DNA of 64,000 nucleotides from Escherichia coli (GTDB lineage Bacteria; Pseudomonadota; Gammaproteobacteria; Enterobacterales; Enterobacteriaceae): NCBI RefSeq assembly GCF_030013205.1, contig NZ_CP122648.1; one strand, 5' to 3'. Shown piece by piece: positions 60,255 to 64,000 of this stretch (position 1 is its first letter; each line of letters starts with the position of its first letter). The notes under the pieces were generated by a model. It saw only the letters and a program-made list of their open reading frames with translations, ran no database searches and was not told where the DNA came from. The position numbers and the translations under genes were made by a program.

Positions 60255-61576
60255 TGCCTAAACTTGTCACTTGGATGAACAACCAGCGGGTAGGCGAGTT
60301 AACGAAGTTAGCCAATGGCGCGCACACCTTTAAGTATGCACCGGAGTGGTTAGCCAACCGTTATGCCAGACCGTTATCACTTTCGCTGCCATTGCAGAGG
60401 GGGAATATCACCTCTGATGCTGTATTTAACTTCTTCGATAACCTGCTACCCGATAGCCCGATTGTACGTGACCGGATCGTTAAACGTTATCATGCTAAAT
60501 CCAGACAACCGTTTGATTTATTGTCAGAAATAGGGCGAGATAGCGTTGGTGCCGTAACGTTATTACCCGAAAATGAAACCATAACGCGCCCGATAATGGC
60601 ATGGGAACAGCTCACTGAAGCCAGGCTTGAAGAAGTATTAACGGCTTATAAAGCAGATATCCCTCTGGGCATGATTAGAGAAGAAAATGACTTTCGCATC
60701 TCGGTTGCTGGCGCGCAGGAGAAGACAGCGCTGCTCAGAATAGGCAATGACTGGTGCATTCCGAAAGGAATAACGCCGACGACGCACATCATTAAATTAC
60801 CGATTGGCGAAATCAGGCAGCCCAATGCGACGCTCGATCTCAGCCAAAGCGTTGATAATGAGTATTACTGTCTGCTGCTGGCGAAAGAACTTGGGTTGAA
60901 TGTGCCGGACGCAGAAATCATTAAAGCGGGAAATGTGCGCGCGTTAGCGGTCGAACGTTTTGACAGGCGTTGGAATGCTGAGCGAACGGTTTTACTTCGC
61001 TTGCCACAGGAGGATATGTGTCAGACATTCGGTTTACCTTCATCGGTGAAATATGAATCAGATGGAGGCCCAGGCATCGCGCGGATCATGGCTTTTTTGA
61101 TGGGGTCCAGCGAGGCGCTGAAAGATCGCTATGATTTTATGAAGTTTCAGGTGTTCCAGTGGTTGATTGGCGCAACGGATGGCCATGCAAAAAACTTCTC
61201 CGTATTTATTCAGGCTGGCGGCAGTTATCGACTCACGCCATTTTACGACATCATTTCAGCATTTCCGGTATTGGGTGGCGCAGGAATACACATCAGCGAT
61301 CTCAAACTGGCAATGGGGCTTAACGCATCCAAAGGCAAAAAAACGGCAATCGATAAAATTTATCCGCGACATTTTCTGGCGACAGCAAAGGTGCTGAAAT
61401 TTCCGGAAGTGCAGATGCATGAAATCCTGAGTGACTTTGCCAGAATGATTCCGGCAGCACTGGATCATGTGAAGACTTCATTACCGACAGATTTTCCGGA
61501 GAACGTGGTGACGGCAGTTGAAACCAATGTGTTGAGGTTGCATGGACGGTTAAGCCGAGAATACGGTAGTAAGTGA
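60254..61576 (+). CDS. hipA: Toxin HipA (Ser/Thr kinase)
   Basis: 440 aa MPKLVTWMNNQRVGELTKLANGAHTFKYAPEWL...; ATG at 60254 overlaps the hipB stop by 1 nt. Confidence 0.9.
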   Translation: MPKLVTWMNNQRVGELTKLANGAHTFKYAPEWLANRYARPLSLSLPLQRGNITSDAVFNFFDNLLPDSPIVRDRIVKRYHAKSRQPFDLLSEIGRDSVGAVTLLPENETITRPIMAWEQLTEARLEEVLTAYKADIPLGMIREENDFRISVAGAQEKTALLRIGNDWCIPKGITPTTHIIKLPIGEIRQPNATLDLSQSVDNEYYCLLLAKELGLNVPDAEIIKAGNVRALAVERFDRRWNAERTVLLRLPQEDMCQTFGLPSSVKYESDGGPGIARIMAFLMGSSEALKDRYDFMKFQVFQWLIGATDGHAKNFSVFIQAGGSYRLTPFYDIISAFPVLGGAGIHISDLKLAMGLNASKGKKTAIDKIYPRHFLATAKVLKFPEVQMHEILSDFARMIPAALDHVKTSLPTDFPENVVTAVETNVLRLHGRLSREYGSK

Positions 61577-61973
61577 GATATGGGGTTTGGTCGTTGTTAA
61601 TGAGTACGACAATCATGACCGCCAACGACTGGATTCTTCCTTGGTTTATGTTGGTGCGCATAATGTATATTATGTTAAATATGGTGGGTTTGTTCTTAAG
61701 TTCATGTGTTCCGCTCTTTCAGTAGCTTAACTGATGAATCAGTCAGCAGCTTTTGCCGTGCAAGCTACGCGGCGGTTCGTACCAGATTGGCCACCTCCAT
61801 CTCCTGGTTCGCTTTCCCCTCCCCCCGGTAAACCTCACCCAACGTTAATTAATGATGTCAGTATGTGGGCGCTATCCTTGTATGTAAAATCCACTGACGA
61901 TTACGCCCATCTGTGAAAAAAAACTCACAATGCCATTCGATGCATCTCCATACCGAACGAGGCGTTATCGTCT

Positions 61974-62871
61974 TTATCGCCCCGTAGTGGATATCAGAAA
62001 ATCAATCAGGGCCTTCACTCTTTTCGTTTTACCCGCGTTTTTGGGGTAATAGAGATACACTGGCGGGTAGGTTTTCCAGTAGCTCTCCATCACCGGAATA
62101 AAGCGCTCCCTGTCCGGCTGTAACTGCCAGACAGGCTCAAACAAGCGCCCAATTCCCAGCCCGTTACGGATCCCGTCTGCCATAACGTCAATATCGTTGC
62201 TGATTAACTGCCCCGGCATCTCAACGGTCAACTGCTCACCGCGATCGTTCAGGAGCAGCGGAAGGATGCGGTTGTTGGTGATAAAACGGTAACCAATCAG
62301 CTGGTGATGACAGAGATCTGCCGGCACTTCAGGCGTTCCATGTCGGGAGAGATACGCTGAGAATGCATATAATCCTTCACGAAACGGTTTCATTAACGGT
62401 CGGGCCCCCCCCTCCCTCAAGAATATCGCCAAAACGGATCCCCAGATCAAAACGCTCTTTGATGATATTCACGGTACCGTCGTAGACCGAAATTTCTAAC
62501 TGTATACCCGGATATTGCTGACAGAATTCTGCCATCGCAGGCTTAAGAATTAACAGGTAGGCAAAACGCGAGAGCGTAATTCGCACCATCCCTGAGGGCT
62601 CCTGATGCTGGTCGCGAATGCTTTCAAGTGAGTTTTCCAGCGACTCCACCGCCGCAGCGGTCTGTTCCAGCAATAATTGACCGGTTTCCGTCAGCTCTAT
62701 ACGGCGGGTCGTACGCACAAAAAGCGGATGACCGATATACTCTTCCAGCAGATTTAGTGCATTGCTGACGGAGGGAGGCGTAATTTCCAGTTTCCTTGCG
62801 GCTGCCGAAATATTGCCCTCCCGCGCAATGCTCTGGAAGATGCGAATCTGGTTATAAAGAGCGTTATTCAT
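61974..62871 (-). pseudogene. LysR-family transcriptional regulator split by a +1 frameshift inside a G8 (coding-strand) homopolymer
   Basis: N-terminal HTH and inducer-domain start in ORF 62377..62871; remainder in ORF 61974..62450 in a different frame; frames switch at the C8 run at 62405-62412 (plus strand). Confidence 0.7.
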
Positions 62872-63007
62872 AATGTTTTCCTAAAGCAATTCTCGCCTGA
62901 TTATTAGGTACAGTCTAAAAATGCTTAAGTCAATGACCCTCTAATCTTCCTGAAATACGCCTCTTATACTTTAGTCTCTTTCTACTACGACCTGAGTTCA
63001 GGAGACT

Positions 63008-63319
63008 ATGATGCGAATTTTATGTCTGGATATCCCTGCCCCTGGAGCATCGCTGGAGAAATATGCTCCGCACCTCAACGCTGAAGCGCTGCACGCCTGG
63101 GGATTGTATAAATCAGGCTTCATCCGCGACATCTACTTCCGTCAGGACAGACCTGGCGTCGCTATTTTTCTTGAATGTGACTCTGTCGATGAAGCGATGA
63201 ACGTTATGGCCGAATTCCCGTTGGCAAAAGCAGGCTTACTAAGCTTCGAGTGTATACCGCTTGGCTCCTTTATTAACTGGGAAAATCTCTTCGCCGATGA
63301 ATTTAAAAATAAAGAGTGA
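63008..63319 (+). CDS. Small alpha+beta-barrel protein, muconolactone-isomerase-like
   Basis: 103 aa; divergent from the LysR gene; local pattern similar to recalled muconolactone isomerase sequences. Family assignment is tentative. Confidence 0.5.
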   Translation: MMRILCLDIPAPGASLEKYAPHLNAEALHAWGLYKSGFIRDIYFRQDRPGVAIFLECDSVDEAMNVMAEFPLAKAGLLSFECIPLGSFINWENLFADEFKNKE

Positions 63320-63327
63320 GGACCGAT

Positions 63328-64000
63328 ATGAAACCTGCATATAAACCAGTGCTATGTGTCGTTTCCAGCCATCCGATTAAAGGCGCATCCGGTGTACCAA
63401 CCGGTTTTTTCCTGGCCGAGCTGACTCATCCGCTGAAAGTACTGGAAGATGCCGGAATAAAAACAACAATAGCCAGTATTCGCGGGGGGCAGCCACCGGT
63501 GGATGGATTTAACCTCAGCGACCCTGTTAACGCCTGGTACTGGAACGAAACCGATTTTCAGCAGCGCCTGGCAACAACACCTGCGTTATCCGAGCTGAAA
63601 GGTGCCGATTACAGCGCAGTTTTCTTTGCAGGTGGTCATGGGACCATGTGGGATTTCCGTGATAATCAGGATGCCCAGCGTATTATCCGCGAAGTGTATG
63701 AAAGTGATGGGATTGTCTCAGCCGTCTGCCACGGGCCTGCGGCATTGGTTGACGCAAAACTCAGTAGCGGCGAATACCTGATAAAAGGGAAAAATGTGGC
63801 GGCCTTTACCAACAAGGAAGAGGAAGAAGTTCACACAACAGATGTGGTTCCCTTCCTGCTTGAAACCGCACTTCGCGAGCATGGTGCGCTTTATCATGAA
63901 GCTCCAAACTGGTCTGAAAACGTGGTTACCGACGATCGCCTTATCACGGGGCAGAATCCCGCTTCAGCACATGGGGTTGGTGTGGCGCTGTTAAATGCAC
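63328..64000 (+). CDS. DJ-1/PfpI-family protein (class I glutamine-amidotransferase-like), 3-prime end beyond the window
   Basis: ATG at 63328 with GAGTGAGGA upstream; nucleophile-elbow-like motif SAVCHGPAAL; frame open to the window end. Confidence 0.7.
   Translation, partial: MKPAYKPVLCVVSSHPIKGASGVPTGFFLAELTHPLKVLEDAGIKTTIASIRGGQPPVDGFNLSDPVNAWYWNETDFQQRLATTPALSELKGADYSAVFFAGGHGTMWDFRDNQDAQRIIREVYESDGIVSAVCHGPAALVDAKLSSGEYLIKGKNVAAFTNKEEEEVHTTDVVPFLLETALREHGALYHEAPNWSENVVTDDRLITGQNPASAHGVGVALLNA

Overview
This window reads as an Escherichia coli chromosomal segment with K-12-like gene order but several non-K-12 differences. Positions 1 to about 14.5 kb are the distal part of a Qin-like defective lambdoid prophage, inserted into the MFS transporter gene ydfJ. 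It carries ydfU (DUF968), the Q antiterminator, a late promoter and terminator, the cspF/cspB cold-shock moron, a phage-21-type lysis cassette (essQ, ydfR, rrrQ, rzpQ with embedded rzoQ), cspI, ynfN, gnsB, ynfO-ydfO, an intact lambda-like cos site with nohA, a terminase large-subunit gene truncated and joined by deletion to side tail fibre stf, then tfa, pin and ydfK. Chromosomal genes follow: ydfJ, ydfI, ydfZ, ydfH, ydfG, dcp, ydeI, dgcZ, mgrR/mgtS, ydeE, eamA, marBAR, marC, sotB, yneK, yneJ, sad, glsB, yneG, dgcF, uxaB, yneE, tam, the lsr AI-2 locus, a frameshifted autotransporter (yneO-like), hipBA, a frameshifted LysR regulator, and a muconolactone-isomerase-like gene with a DJ-1/PfpI gene. 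The most notable accessory content is a roughly 6.2 kb island between eamA and marB encoding a GntR regulator, a lactose/cellobiose-family PTS (IIB, IIC, IIA), a ScrY-like coiled-coil glycoporin and a GH1 6-phospho-beta-glucosidase. I found no rRNA, tRNA or CRISPR array, and no obviously novel defence system. Gene names rest on recalled K-12 and phage lambda/21 sequences and on motif reading, not on database searches; all coordinates were derived by hand from the ORF track and the sequence.
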